Assembly: GCA_009914755.4 (NCBI GenBank)
Contig: CP086569.2
Coordinates: 5,024,001 to 5,088,000 of the forward strand
Direction of reading: 5' to 3'
DNA from: the human T2T-CHM13v2.0 reference genome, Homo sapiens
Length of the DNA: 64,000 nt
Below, in pieces: positions 52,150 through 64,000 of this stretch. The stretch's first letter is position 1, and every line of letters starts with the position of its first letter. The notes below the pieces were generated by a model, which saw only the letters and a program-made list of their open reading frames with translations, did no database searches and was not told where the DNA came from. Made by a program: the position numbers and the translations under genes.

Positions 52150-53225
52150 TCCCAACATTGGTTGTGCATGTTGTTTTTCCAAAATTTTAAAAAATACTGA
52201 TACCTTGTTTCTACCCCAGAGGTTTTGATAGAATTTGTTTTTATTTTTCAAGACTTTTTTGGCTATTCTGGGTTCCTTATATTTCCATATGAATTTTAGA
52301 ATCAGCTTAAGCATATCAATTTCTGCAAAAAATGATTTTTTTTTCTTTTTTTTGAGATTGAGTCTTAGTTGCTCAGGCTGGCGTGCAGTAGTGTGATCTC
52401 AGCTCACTGTAACCTGTGCCTCCTGGGTTCAAGCTATTCTCCTGCCTCAACCTCCTGGGTAGCTGGGATTACAGGCATGTGCGGCCATGCCTGGCTAATT
52501 TTTTGTATTTTAGTAGAGGTAGGGTTTCGCCGTGTTGGCCAAGCTGGTCTCAAACTCCTGACCTCAGGTGAGCTGCCTGCCTCAGTTTCCCAAAGTGCTG
52601 AGATTACAGGCATGAGTCACCGTGCCCGGCCCAGTTTGAATTTTTGTAGGGATTATGCTCAATCTGTACATAAGTTTGAATAATGTTGCCATCTTGACAA
52701 TATTAACTATTCTGATCTATGAACATGGTACGCCTTTTCATTTATTTAGAACCTCTTTATTTCAACACTATTTTGAATTTCCAGTGTACAAGTTTTGCCC
52801 TTCTTTTATTACATTCATTCCTAAGTAAATATTTATCCTTTTATATGCTATTGTAAGTAGAATTGTATTCTTAAATTTTATTTTTGGATTATTCATTGCT
52901 ACTGCATAGACATTCAGTTAGGATTTTCTATATATAAGATCCTGTCGTCTTCAAATAGAGATAGTCTTACTTCTTCCTTTGCAATATGGATGCTGTTCAT
53001 TTCTTTTTCTTGCTTGATTGTCCTAGCTAGAACCTCCAGTACAATGTTTAATTGCTGTGTAAAAGCATATATCCTCTTCTTGTTCCTGATCTTAGCAAGG
53101 AAGCATTATTCTTTCACCATTAAGTTTGAGTTAGCTGCAGTTATTTCATAGATGTCCTTTATCAGGTTGAGGAATTTTCTGTATATTCCTTGTTTGTTTA
53201 TTGATTTTATCACCAAAGTTTTTTG
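52150..53225 (-). mobile_element. L1 LINE fragment (ancient L1M-type ORF2 region), interrupted by an Alu
   Basis: Plus-strand text matches the reverse complement of L1M ORF2: ...ttttggctattctgggttccttatatttccatatgaattttagaatcagc... and ...ttgccatcttgacaatattaactattctgatctatgaacatgg...cagtgtacaagttttgcccttcttttattacattcattcctaagtaaatat...atataagatcctgtcgtcttcaaatagagatagtcttacttcttcctttgcaatatggatgc. The minus ORF at 52111-52314 (LILKFIWKYKEPRIAKKVLKNKNK) is L1 ORF2-like. Confidence 0.78.
52336..52631 (-). mobile_element. Alu SINE, full length, nested in the L1M fragment
   Basis: Poly-T then reverse Alu that ends gagattacaggcatgagtcaccgtgcccggcc. Confidence 0.92.
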
Positions 53226-53274
53226 TTGTTGTTTTATTTTTTGTTTTTGATTGTCTGTTTGTTTGTTTTTGTTC

Positions 53275-53427
53275 TTTTGTTTTGAGACAGGGTCTCTGTT
53301 GCCCAGGCTGGAGTACAGTGGCAAAATCATAGTTCACTGCAGCCTTGAACTCCTGGGCTCAAGGAATCCTCCTGCCTCAGCCTACCGAGTAACTGGGACT
53401 ATAGGTGTGTGCCACCATGCCCAGCTA
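53275..53427 (-). mobile_element. Alu fragment (right arm only)
   Basis: gttttgagacagggtctctgttgcccaggctggagtacagtggcaaaatcatagttcactgcagccttgaactcctgggctcaaggaatcctcctgcctcagcctaccgagtaactgggactataggtgtgtgccaccatgcccagc. Confidence 0.82.
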
Positions 53428-55042
53428 GTTAACAAATTTTTTTTTGACATTAGATTATGAGTAAAACTGCCCCATTGCTCAAGATTCAGTGGAAAGGAAG
53501 CAAAACAAAACAAAGAAACCTTATGAGCAAAATGCTTAATTCAGCACATAACAGCATATAGTTTCTATTGGTTAAAGAAGAACATTTATATGGGGTCCTA
53601 GATAGGCTCCAAGGAAACCAAATTACTTGAAGAAGCCTGAGATTATTCTTAAAGAAATATAGATTTCCTTGTATGTTTACAATGAATGAGTCTTATTTTT
53701 ACATGCATGGAAGTATCACAGTCACTGGACACTGTATAATGAAAACTTACAAGTTCTCATTTTGAACAAGCTTCCTTTTTCCTTAGTTGACAAAATTATC
53801 CAGGTTTCTTTTAGCATGTTCACAATTTCAGATTTTATACAATTACAAACTGAACTTTCCTTATAAACTGATTGTTATAGCTAATTTTTCCTAATAAAAT
53901 TCAAATTAAGACAGCACCTGTGAATTCTATTTAGAGTTCTATTGATACTCAATGTAGCCAATCACTGCCAACATGAATCAACCTACGTATGTAAATTTAG
54001 TGACCAATATAAAATAGTCTCATCGTTCTTTACTACGCTTTGGAGAAACTTAGTCATTAATGTTAATCACTATAATGGTTCATATTTATTCCTGCTAGTT
54101 CTAAAGTTCTGCTTCCTAATTGCATTATTACAAAGATAAAAAATTCAAAGCAACATGTATAGAATAGAATGTGTGTGGGACTGTGTCCAGTTATTAGACA
54201 TTATAAATTACTATTTGCTTTTTAAGCAATTAAATATTTTAATAAAAACAAATTGTGTTTATACCTGCTGTAAAATTTCTTGCTTTATATTTTACTAGAC
54301 TAAAAAACAAAACAATATATTTTAATCCACTGTTAATCAGCAGGATTTAAGATAGTTCTGAGAAAGAGGGAAATTGATATTACTGACCCTCTTCCATATT
54401 GGTACCCCTAATGACTGTCAGAAAATGCAGGATGAGAACCATTTTTGCTGCGAGGCAAGCCCACTTTTCTTTTTAGAAGCTTTTAAGGAAGCTAAAATTG
54501 TGTACAAAAATATTTCTACTGCCTACAAATCACAGTTTATTTTTATGTTTGAACAGAATATTTTCTAATGTAATATATAGATTTTATTTGTGGGAAAATC
54601 TGGCACCAACTTTCAACGGCTTTTTTGCAGAAGCATCTAAAAATGAGCTGGAACTCTAGGGTCTAGTACATAAAACATTATATTTTCACATATGGGACTG
54701 CATTTTAAATTTAATCTGAAGGACTTGATAAGATACGCCAAATTGCTTAGAAACAATTTGTGTAGCTAGTGAACTGTGGCATCTGGAAGCCCATAGACAT
54801 TAAAAGCACTTTTTCCCACTTTTTCCCTCTGTTTTTGCCTCCTAATCACTGCAGACAGAATACATGCAATCTATACTGATATTGCAATGAAGACACAAGC
54901 ACAGATGCTTTTTATTGTGATGAAAGATGACTTTTATTCAGTGCCCAGTTTATTATTGTTATTATTGTTGTTATGATATTAGCAGGCAATATGATGCAGA
55001 CGTGCTGGCAAAATCTATGATACTAGTCCCACATCATTATAG

Positions 55043-55374
<332 letters not shown>

Positions 55375-55539
55375 TGTAGAAAATTTTTATAAAAGTAGTA
55401 AGTCAATCTGTGTGTGTAATAACATATGTGCTTTAGGTTTGAATTTTGTCAGGGAACTAAAACTGAAAACAAGGAAACATATTGACAAATTATTTATTAT
55501 TCTGTGCATATATAAGGAATAGCCATTAATTAAAGATTG

Positions 55540-56100
55540 CTGAGACCAGCTCGGTCATGGAGACCCTAACCCAGTGGCCCTAGAGGAGTTAAAGACGCAC
55601 ACGCAGAAATATAGAGTGTGGAGTGGGAAATCAGGCGGCTGACAGCCAGGAACAGAGATTTACCCACATATTTATTGACAGCGAGCCAGTGATAAGCATT
55701 GTTTCTATAGATTATAGATTAATGGGAAACAAAGGGATGGGCCGAAACAAAGGAATGAGCTCTGGCTAGTTATCTGCTGCAGGAACATGTCCTTAAGGCA
55801 CAGATTGCTCATGCTATTGTTTGTGGTTTAGGAACACCTTTAAGCGGTTTTCCGCCCTGGGTGGGCCAGGTGTTTCTTGCCCTCATTCCAGTAAACCCAC
55901 AACCTTCAGCATGGGCATCATGGCCATCACGAATATGTCACAGTGCTGCAGAGATTTTGTTTATGGCCAGTTTTGGGGCCAGTTTATGGCCAGATTTGGG
56001 GGCTTGTTCCCAACAAAAGATCATCATGGCTAAAGATAAAGCCATCACAGCTTTATCACGCCTACGTAATTTTTGCTTTGCTTCTCATCAATGAGCCCAG
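55540..56100 (+). repeat. unclassified interspersed repeat (possibly ERV LTR-derived)
   Basis: CpG-containing block ctgagaccagctcggtcatggagaccctaacccagtggccc...ccagtaaacccacaaccttcagcatgggcatcatggccatcacgaatatgtcacag. It looks like a high-copy repeat, but I cannot name the family from memory. Confidence 0.25.
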
Positions 56101-56984
56101 GAAAAAATTATTTAATGTTGGTGCATACAAATATTCCAGCATTTCACAGAAGATTCAGAATTATCTTTTAATTTAGGGGTATTAAAAGTTAACAGAATGT
56201 CCAGCTGACATTTTGAAAAATAAAGTGAGAAGTTAAGCATTGTTCCTCTTAAGGTTTTAAATAAAATTCAAAAAGTAAAAAAAAAAAAAAAAAAAGGAAA
56301 GGAAAAGCAAGCAGATATAGTACAAAGAAAGTGAAAATAAAATAAAATAAGATAAACAAAAGGAAAATCAAATAAATACAATTCAGGTCTCTTCCTTCAA
56401 AGAGACCACTTATTTCATTCTAGATTAAATGGGCTTTCATATTTTTGAACTGATGACTAGATGAAGTAAGTTCTACTAAATGGTCTCACTAGTTCCAATT
56501 TTGGAGATTATCTCTTCAAGGATTTAGTTTACTTATTAAATGCTACTGAAAGATGGAAAAAGAACAAAGTAGCTACAACTGAAAATCTGGAATAGAATTA
56601 TATAGCAAGAAGGAATTATAATCTATAAATATAGGTTCTCCTAAAATGATCTCACATCTACAAACATGAAAGTATTTTAAATGATAAAAAGAAGTCTTTC
56701 TCCAGTTTGTAAGATGGGAATAATAATCATACTTATCTCACTGGGTTATTGTAAGTTTTAAGTAAGTGAATATTAAATAAGTTCATGTATCTAAAAATGA
56801 TTTAAACAGTGCCTGGAACATATTGGTGCCATGCAAAGTTTATATATTATCGTTATTATTAATGATAGTAATAGTATGATTCAATACACTGTATTTACGT
56901 GACTTTAAGACAATGGGTGCCAAACTAGTGGTTTGTTGTTGGAATTGACTGTCAGTAAAAAATAGAATGTGAAAATAGTGCTTC

Positions 56985-57305
56985 TTTTCTCTTATTTATT
57001 TTATATTTTATTTTATTGTATTTTACTTTAAGTTTCAGGATACATGTGCAGAATGTGCAGGTTTGTTACATAGGTGTCCATGAGCCATGATTGTCTGTTG
57101 AACCTATCAACCTGTCATACAGGTTTTAAGCCCACATATATTAGGTATTTGTCCTAATGCTCTCCCTCCCCTTGTCCACCACCCCCTGACAGGCCCTGGT
57201 GTGTGTTGTTCCTGTCTCTGTGTCCAAGTGTTCTCATTGCTCAACTCCCACTTGTGAGTGAGAACATGCGGTGTTTGGTTTTCTGTTCCTGTGTTAGCTT
57301 CTTTT
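56985..57305 (-). mobile_element. L1 LINE 3'-end fragment
   Basis: T-rich head then tttaagtttcaggatacatgtgcagaatgtgcaggtttgttacataggtgtccatg...ctcaactcccacttgtgagtgagaacatgcggtgtttggtt, the reverse complement of the L1 3' end. The minus ORF at 57107-57388 carries the L1 ORF2 C-terminal motif ...HVLTHKWELSNENTW.... Confidence 0.85.
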
Positions 57306-57588
57306 TCACCTCTCCCAGAATACCTCTCATTCAGTATCCACCGTTGGCATTCTGTCTTCCCACTACAGCATTTAATGTGCTCATTCAATCAACCAGCAAC
57401 CCTGATACTAGTGTTGCACTGTCCTGTACGATCCAGCATTATTTGGACATTATCCTGGAACCTAGAATTTTCTTCCTTTTCTTTTGTTTTAAACTTTCCT
57501 AAATCAACATTTTCTTATGCAGTATATTATTTCTTTAGGCTTCGCACACTAATAAATTGATAGCTAGCTAATTCTACTAAAATAGATC

Positions 57589-57976
57589 TGATATGGTTTA
57601 GCTCTGTGTCCCACCCAAATCTCATGTTGAATTGCAATCCCCAATGTTGTAGGAGGGACCTGGTGGGAAGTGATTGGCTCATGGGGGCATATTTCTCTCT
57701 TGCTGTTCTTGTGATAGTGAGTTTGTTCTTACGAGATCTGGTTGTCTGAAAGTATGTAACACTTTCCCCTTCACACTCTCTCCCTCCTTCTGGCCATGTG
57801 AAGACTGTGCTTACTTCCTCTTCCCCTTCTGCCATGACCGTAAGTTTCCTGAGGCTTCCCTAGAAGCATAAGCCTGTATAGCCTGCAAAACTGTGAGCTG
57901 AATAAGCCTCTTTTCTTTATAAACTACCCAGTCTCAGGTAGTTCTTTATAGCTGTGTGAGAACAGACTAATACACG
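57589..57976 (+). mobile_element. solitary MaLR LTR (MST/THE1-like)
   Basis: tgatatggtttagctctgtgtcccacccaaatctcatgttgaattgcaatccccaatgttgtaggagggacctggtgggaag...ctacccagtctcaggtagttctttatagctgtgtgagaacagactaatacac, the MaLR LTR consensus from its start to its end. Confidence 0.85.
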
Positions 57977-58227
57977 ATCCATGCTACTGCATTTAATGTA
58001 TCACTATGGAAATGCATTTTCTTTTTAGATGCAGAGACTGAAGAAACCAAAATTAATGGCCATTTGTGGGAATTTTAGCCCTGTTCAAGAGGTCTGCTAT
58101 AGTTTTTCCTTTCTGTAGCTAGTAGGTTCTTATACTACCTTTTAGGAAGAAATGTTCTACTATTATGAAAGGACCTTAAGTCACTTGGAGACACTGAGGT
58201 CACTACAAATTTTGAGTTAGTTATTTC

Positions 58228-58381
58228 TTTTTTTTTTTTTTTTTTTTTGGAGGCAGAGTCTTGCTCTGTCGCCCAGGCTGGAGTGCAGTGGCAGCCTCCA
58301 CCTCCTGGGTTCAAGCGATTCTCCTGCCTCAGCCTCCTGAGTAGCTGGTACTAGAGGCATGTGCCACCATGCCCGGCTAAT
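58228..58381 (-). mobile_element. Alu SINE, 5'-truncated (right arm only) with TSD
   Basis: A 22-nt poly-T then ggaggcagagtcttgctctgtcgcccaggctggagtgcagtggcagcctccacctcctgggttcaagcgattctcctgcctcagcctcctgagtagctggtactagaggcatgtgccaccatgcccggctaat. The TSD GARTTAGTTAYTTCT lies at 58213-58227 and 58382-58396. Confidence 0.9.
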
Positions 58382-60748
58382 GAATTAGTTACTTCTAAGG
58401 CTGTATCAATAAATTCCAGACTTAAAATATCTGTTTATTTTTACTGTTAATCAAGGTAGGACATCATTTCTTTGCACATGCCTTGGTATTTTCATTGGTT
58501 AAATTTTATTGTCAGTATGGAAAAATAAAAATCAGAGGAAATGTATTCAGTATTTCTGTGATTTGTTTTAAGAATTTAATTATAGATTTTAATCTTGATG
58601 TGGTTTTTTTCAAAAACATGTACCAGGTTTTATATCATCCCAGTAAATAATTTTGTCTGAAGGTCAAATGTTTTTAAGAGTGTTTCATGGAAATGAATAT
58701 ATTTTCTTAATTTTATAATTGACCAAATTTTTATAATGTAAAAGAGAAATTAATGAATGCTGTATTGAAAGGTAATCACTCTGCAGTTGATCCCGCTATA
58801 ATTTCTATTTATTTAAGAATTATGAATCATCAACTAAAATACTGAAAATATTTGTTTTAATAATAGACTATGAATATTTTGTATTTTAGTAAATTTTGTA
58901 TTGGAACTATCAAATAGAGTCACAACTTCACCCGTTTCAATTTTTATGGTTGCTCTTTATTGAGTGCATAACCATTCTATTTGCAGAAATTCCTTCAAGA
59001 TTTATCACTGAGTTTTTATTCATATGATTAAAAATATATTAAAATATAAGCTATTACTATTATATGCGTTATGAAGGATTACAAAGAATTTCAGATCAGG
59101 TATTTAAAATCACATTGGAATCATATATCTACTGTCTTCTCAATAGACGCAATATACAGCACACCGAGGTTGAATATTTATTCAAGTTGTTTTTTCTGTT
59201 GGAAATGAGGCTCAATTATTCCAACTTGTTAAAGCAAGGGCTAAAACATAGCTTCTGAAGCATCATAAAATTAAATAACTATATTTTCATGATTTAAATG
59301 ACAACTCCATTTATTTCAGCTTTCACTTATAAATGAGTACTTACGCACTGATTAATATGAACAAATGTACTTAAAATGGAAAAGTTAAATGTGATTTTAA
59401 TACATTTTAGTAAATTAAGGGCTGAGTACTATTGGGTTAGAACAAGAGGGAAAACAAATTTACATGTGAACATTGTGAGGATGTTCACATGTAAATAAAT
59501 AGCAAACCACTGTTATGACTAGGTCAGATACTTCAACTCATTTAAAAAATCCAACTATGTTTTTACTGTGTAGACTCAGTAATAGTAGGAACAATATTGC
59601 CTAAAAGCATAATTTATTACACAGACAACTATTTGCTTTTTTTCTTTTAAGTAACTAATGCAGATCATAATTTTCATATGAATAATTTCATAGAAATATC
59701 TGTCAGCTTACTTAACAAATATTTCCCAGGAAAGCTTATCATTTGCTCATATTTTCCTAAATCATATTTACTATATTTTTAAAGAAAGTAAGTCATAGAA
59801 AGGAATCTGAAACATATTAGTTTAAAACACTTCTTTTATATAAGGTTAATAGTGGGAATGATAGAGGTAACATTTAAAATTGTTAATTATAGCTGCAATT
59901 TCGATCAAATACTTTTTTATCAGCTACAGTTTTATGATAATGCAACTGTTCTTATTTATTTGACTTCTAATAAAACAATTATGAATCAAATTAGTGAGTA
60001 CTAATTATACCTTCATTTCTTATTCACCTTCCATTTGTATGTATGTATATTAGGGATGATCAGACATAAAATTTGCTAATTTTTACAACCTTTTACATCA
60101 GATGGTTATTTTTCCATCATGATTAGAGAGAAGTTAGAATCAGTGTATCACTTTCACGGATTCACTCGGCAGTTAAAACACATCGTTAAAGCCATTCAAT
60201 GAAATAACCAGAAAGGAGCAATTGACTTTTAACATTTGGCTCCACAGAATGTGTTTTAACCAGGTTCCACTTCCTAAATAACACATCATGCCATCATTTC
60301 AGAATCATAAACAACAGTCATAGCAAAGATATGTCTAGTGATATTATAGAAAGCATATCAGCATGTTGACTTGTGGAAAAATCAAATTCACTGTTCGTAG
60401 AAGTGGAAAATCAAGTGTTTGAAGAAATTATCCTCTTATGTTGTCATGTTTGTCTAAAATATGTTTAATATTTTGCAATGAATAAACAGTGGCATAACTA
60501 AGTGGGCAAATATTTTCAAACTAGATAAATAAACCTGATTGAAGTTATTGGGCCCTTTTCATCAATCACGTTATTTCAGGAGGCAAAGTTATTGTATAGT
60601 ATTTGTACTTGTATATTAGTAACAATGCACCACCATGTATTTCTTTTAAGTAACAAGATTTATAATTACAAGATTTATAAAATAGTTTACATTGAGGATG
60701 TAGTTAGTGGATGAAAGATGAACTGAGAAACATTTATTTTCTTTTGTC

Positions 60749-61053
60749 TTTTTTTTTTTTTTTTTTTTTTTGAGACAGTGTCTCTCTCTGTAACTCACGT
60801 TGGAGTGCAGTGGCACATACATGACTCACTGCAGCACTGACCTTCTGGGCTCAAGGGATTCTCCTGCCTCAGACTCCCGAGTAGCTGGGACCACAGGTGT
60901 CTGCAACCATGCCCAGCTATTTTTTGTTGTTGTTGGTTTTTTGTAGAGATGCAGTCTTACTATGTTTCCCAGGCTGTTCTGGAACTCCTGGGCTCAAATG
61001 ATCCTCCCACTTGGGCCTCCCAAAGTGTTGAGATTACAGGTGTGAGCCACTTC
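60749..61053 (-). mobile_element. Alu SINE (older, AluJ-like)
   Basis: A 23-nt poly-T then diverged reverse Alu that ends gagattacaggtgtgagccacttcgcccagccc. Confidence 0.88.
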
Positions 61054-63206
61054 GCCCAGCCCAGAAATTTTTCATTTGTTAAAGCATACTGATACATTAT
61101 TTTCTTTCCAAAGATTTTTTTCTTATAAAATACTATAAAGTCTATGTGTGTTTGAGGAGAAGAGGCATATATCCTGTATCCTGTATATACATTTGGTAAC
61201 TGTAAATAATTAAACACAGTTTCAGAAAAATATTCCCATTTGTTAAAAGCATAGAAGTTTTACCCTCCTACCATACAGAAGGGCCTCACAGATGGATAAA
61301 CCATGTTTGTAACTTTTTAGGTTCAGTAAATTACAACACACATCTTCTGTAACCCAATTCCAACTTTTTAACGTCTGTGCATGGAATTAATATAGGTTAA
61401 AAATGGGTATGAGGTCTTAAGCGAGCAAAATGAACTATCTAATTACTCTGTTGCTTAATAATATATTAAAGATTATTAGTTTTTAGTTCTGTTGTGTGTT
61501 TCCTACTTTTGAACAAGTTCCATAAGCTATAACTAAAACTATATGCTTACTTTTCATCTTTGGAAATGAAACAGAGTGTTTATATACTTGAATGCCCAGA
61601 GATGGAAAAGTCATATGTTGGACAAGAGCATCAGACACATGACTTATAGCCACTGAAATACTTTCAAATCATGACTTAGTCTACCATAGGGCATTATGAA
61701 AATGTAAAGACTCTGTCTCAAAAACAAAAAAAAAGAGAAAGAAAAAAGAAAAAAAAAGCATGAACACAAAAGCAAAAAATAATTAAAATAATTCATTGTC
61801 TTTATCCATTTTGGAGACTATTTGGAAAATCAGCTCTGAATAGAAAGAATGCAAAATGTGAAATGCATCACTTTGGTTGTTAGCAGGTGGTCACATGCAA
61901 TCCAATAAAATGTGGACCATATTATACTGGGTACTATATGTAATAGTTACAACCTAATATGCATAAAGTATATAGTTAATCTTGTCTTTCTGGATTATGG
62001 ATGCAAAGTCATTTAAATTTTAGAAATAATGAAGTGACTGATCTCGTTTCATCAATGTGCAAAGACTTCTCAAAGTCTGCTGCAGAAAAAAAAATTATTT
62101 TGGAAAAAAATATTTTGAATGTCATAACAATCAGCAGGTAACTTTTTAAAGAAAAGAACAGAACATTCATAAATTGGAAGTATCCTTAATGTTTTTGCAT
62201 GTTGCTGGAACATTTTACCTGCACACTTGTTCTTTAAATGTTCTCACTCTCATTTTATAAATACTTATGCAAGCTTTTCATGAAACGCATTTCTACATAC
62301 TACCTGCTGGTTCAGATTATGTCTTGTTCTATTTTATTGAAATAATTCAGGAGACTTTTAAAATTAGGTATATAGAGGGTGATTTTTTAAAATGCCTCTC
62401 TTAACAGTAGAATGAAACTGTCATTTACTGAAGCCACAACCTCCTGAGAAGGAAAATAAGAAAAGTCAAAAAGAAAACATTCAAGGAAGATGTCTTTCTA
62501 CCTTTTGCTATGTAATCTTTCTGTTGGTGCCCTACACCACTGCACACCTCCCTGCCAGCACATACACAGAATCACACACAGTTACTATTGGGAACAATAG
62601 ACAAAGAAAAAAATGTTTTTATTTTTTATTGGTATTCAAAGAACTGAGATGTAGAGGAAAAAGAGCTGCAGTGAAAGTCCAGCAATGAATTATTCAATTC
62701 CTTCAATTTGTTGACCTTAACGAAATGCAAAGTGATTTGAACTAAAAGTAATTAACAAGAGAGAGTGTGCCTAGTAAAACCAAGAAAGAATCATATTTGT
62801 TTCAGGAATCAATAACAGCCAGTGACTGAAGGTCATAAAGGAACCATTCAGGAAAACAAAGAGCCTTTTGCCAAGGCAGTTGTCATGCTGTATATGTGTG
62901 CACATATGCAGGGATTTTAGCTGTGACCGTGTACTAGGAAGATTTAATTACATGAAAATGTCTTCTACAGAAAATAAAGTGAGGAGAAAAATGAACTAAG
63001 AGGCACATCTCAGTGACACTAAAATGTCATTTTTGATGTCAAGTTTAACAGAAAATTGTTTCTGAGGACTGGCATCCAATGCAGTTTTTCATTTAAATAA
63101 AATATTCCAGTGTGACTAAAAGTAAAATTAAAAGCAACACTGAATAAAATTTAATGAAGAACTTTGGAATGATAATAGAGTTCTATAACATAGAACTAAA
63201 GCTGTG

Positions 63207-63488
63207 GGCCAGGCACGGTGGCTGAGGCCTGTAATCCCAGCACTTTGGGAGGCCAAGGCGGGCAGATCATGAGGTCAGGAAATTGAGACCATTCTGGCTA
63301 ACAAGGTGAAACCCCGTCTCTACTAAAAAAAATACAAAAAATTAGCTGGCGTGGTGGCGGGCGCCTGTAGTCCCAGCTACTCGGGAGGCTGAGGCAGGAG
63401 AATGGAGTGAACCAGCGGGCGGAGCTTGCAGTGAGCCGAGATCGCGCCACTGCGCTCCAGCCTGGGCGACAGAGCGAGACTCCGTCTC

Positions 63489-63514
<26 letters not shown>
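63207..63514 (+). mobile_element. AluY SINE, full length, young
   Basis: Low-divergence forward Alu with AluY diagnostics (gatcatgaggtcagga..ttgagaccattctggctaacaaggtgaaa; ggcgggcgcctgtagtcccagc; gcgggcggagcttgcagtgagccgagatcgcgccactgc) and a 26-nt poly-A. A perfect 14-bp TSD, GAACTAAAGCTGTG, lies at 63193-63206 and 63515-63528. Confidence 0.95.
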
Positions 63515-63519
<5 letters not shown>

Positions 63520-64000
63520 AAAGCTGTGAACATGTTCCAAAGACTATTTTGGCACGCAGAAGCACATCTTTGTCTCTTCTGTTACGAAATCTCAATGAAA
63601 AACTCTTGAGCTTTTCCCAAATTGAAGGACATTCTATAAAATACCTAACTAGTACTTCTCAAAACTACCAAGGTCATCAAAAACAAGGAAAACTTGACGA
63701 ACTGTCATAGTCAAGATGCGCTGAAGGAGATATGATGACTAAATGATGTAATGTGGAACCCTAGATGGGATCCTGGGTCAGAGAAAAGACATTAAGAAAT
63801 AGAAATAAAGTAAAAATTAGTTAATAATAGTGTATAGATATATTGGTTCATTAGTTGGGGCACAATGTATTATAATAATGTAAGATGTTAACAACAGGGA
63901 AAATGGGTGTAGAGAAAGACTACCTGTACTAACTTTGCAACATTTTTTGAAATCTAAAATGATTCTAAAATTTATTAAAGATTCTGAAGTTTATTTTATT

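Overview
This window is primate (almost certainly human or great-ape) nuclear DNA, not a prokaryotic or phage sequence. It is AT-rich, CpG-poor and dominated by interspersed repeats. I did not find an undescribed biological system here, and I would rather say that than invent one.

What the window contains:
- About 48 Alu SINE copies or fragments. Several are young AluY copies with intact target-site duplications (TSDs).
- At least six L1 LINE fragments, all on the minus strand. One is a large, internally deleted L1 at 40703-44300 that keeps ORF1 but has lost most of ORF2.
- One MaLR (THE1/MST-type) retroelement with an internal region and a 3' LTR, plus two solitary MaLR LTRs.
- An LTR-like block with TATA and AATAAA signals at 34895-35750.
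- Several unclassified high-copy repeats.
- Many microsatellites, including a ~570 bp polypyrimidine tetranucleotide array at 28226-28772.

I see no CpG island and no convincing protein-coding exon. Every ORF in the six-frame track is explained by repeats:
- The recurring peptides such as ...[22 protein letters not shown]... and ...[15 protein letters not shown]... are Alu consensus translated in different frames.
- The L1-like peptides (e.g. MEYYAAIKRNE..., YPAKLSFI...) are decayed L1 ORF1/ORF2 fragments.
- The long [16 protein letters not shown] ORFs are microsatellite artifacts.

The region looks like intronic or intergenic gene-poor DNA. All coordinates are from manual reading and may be off by a few bases.
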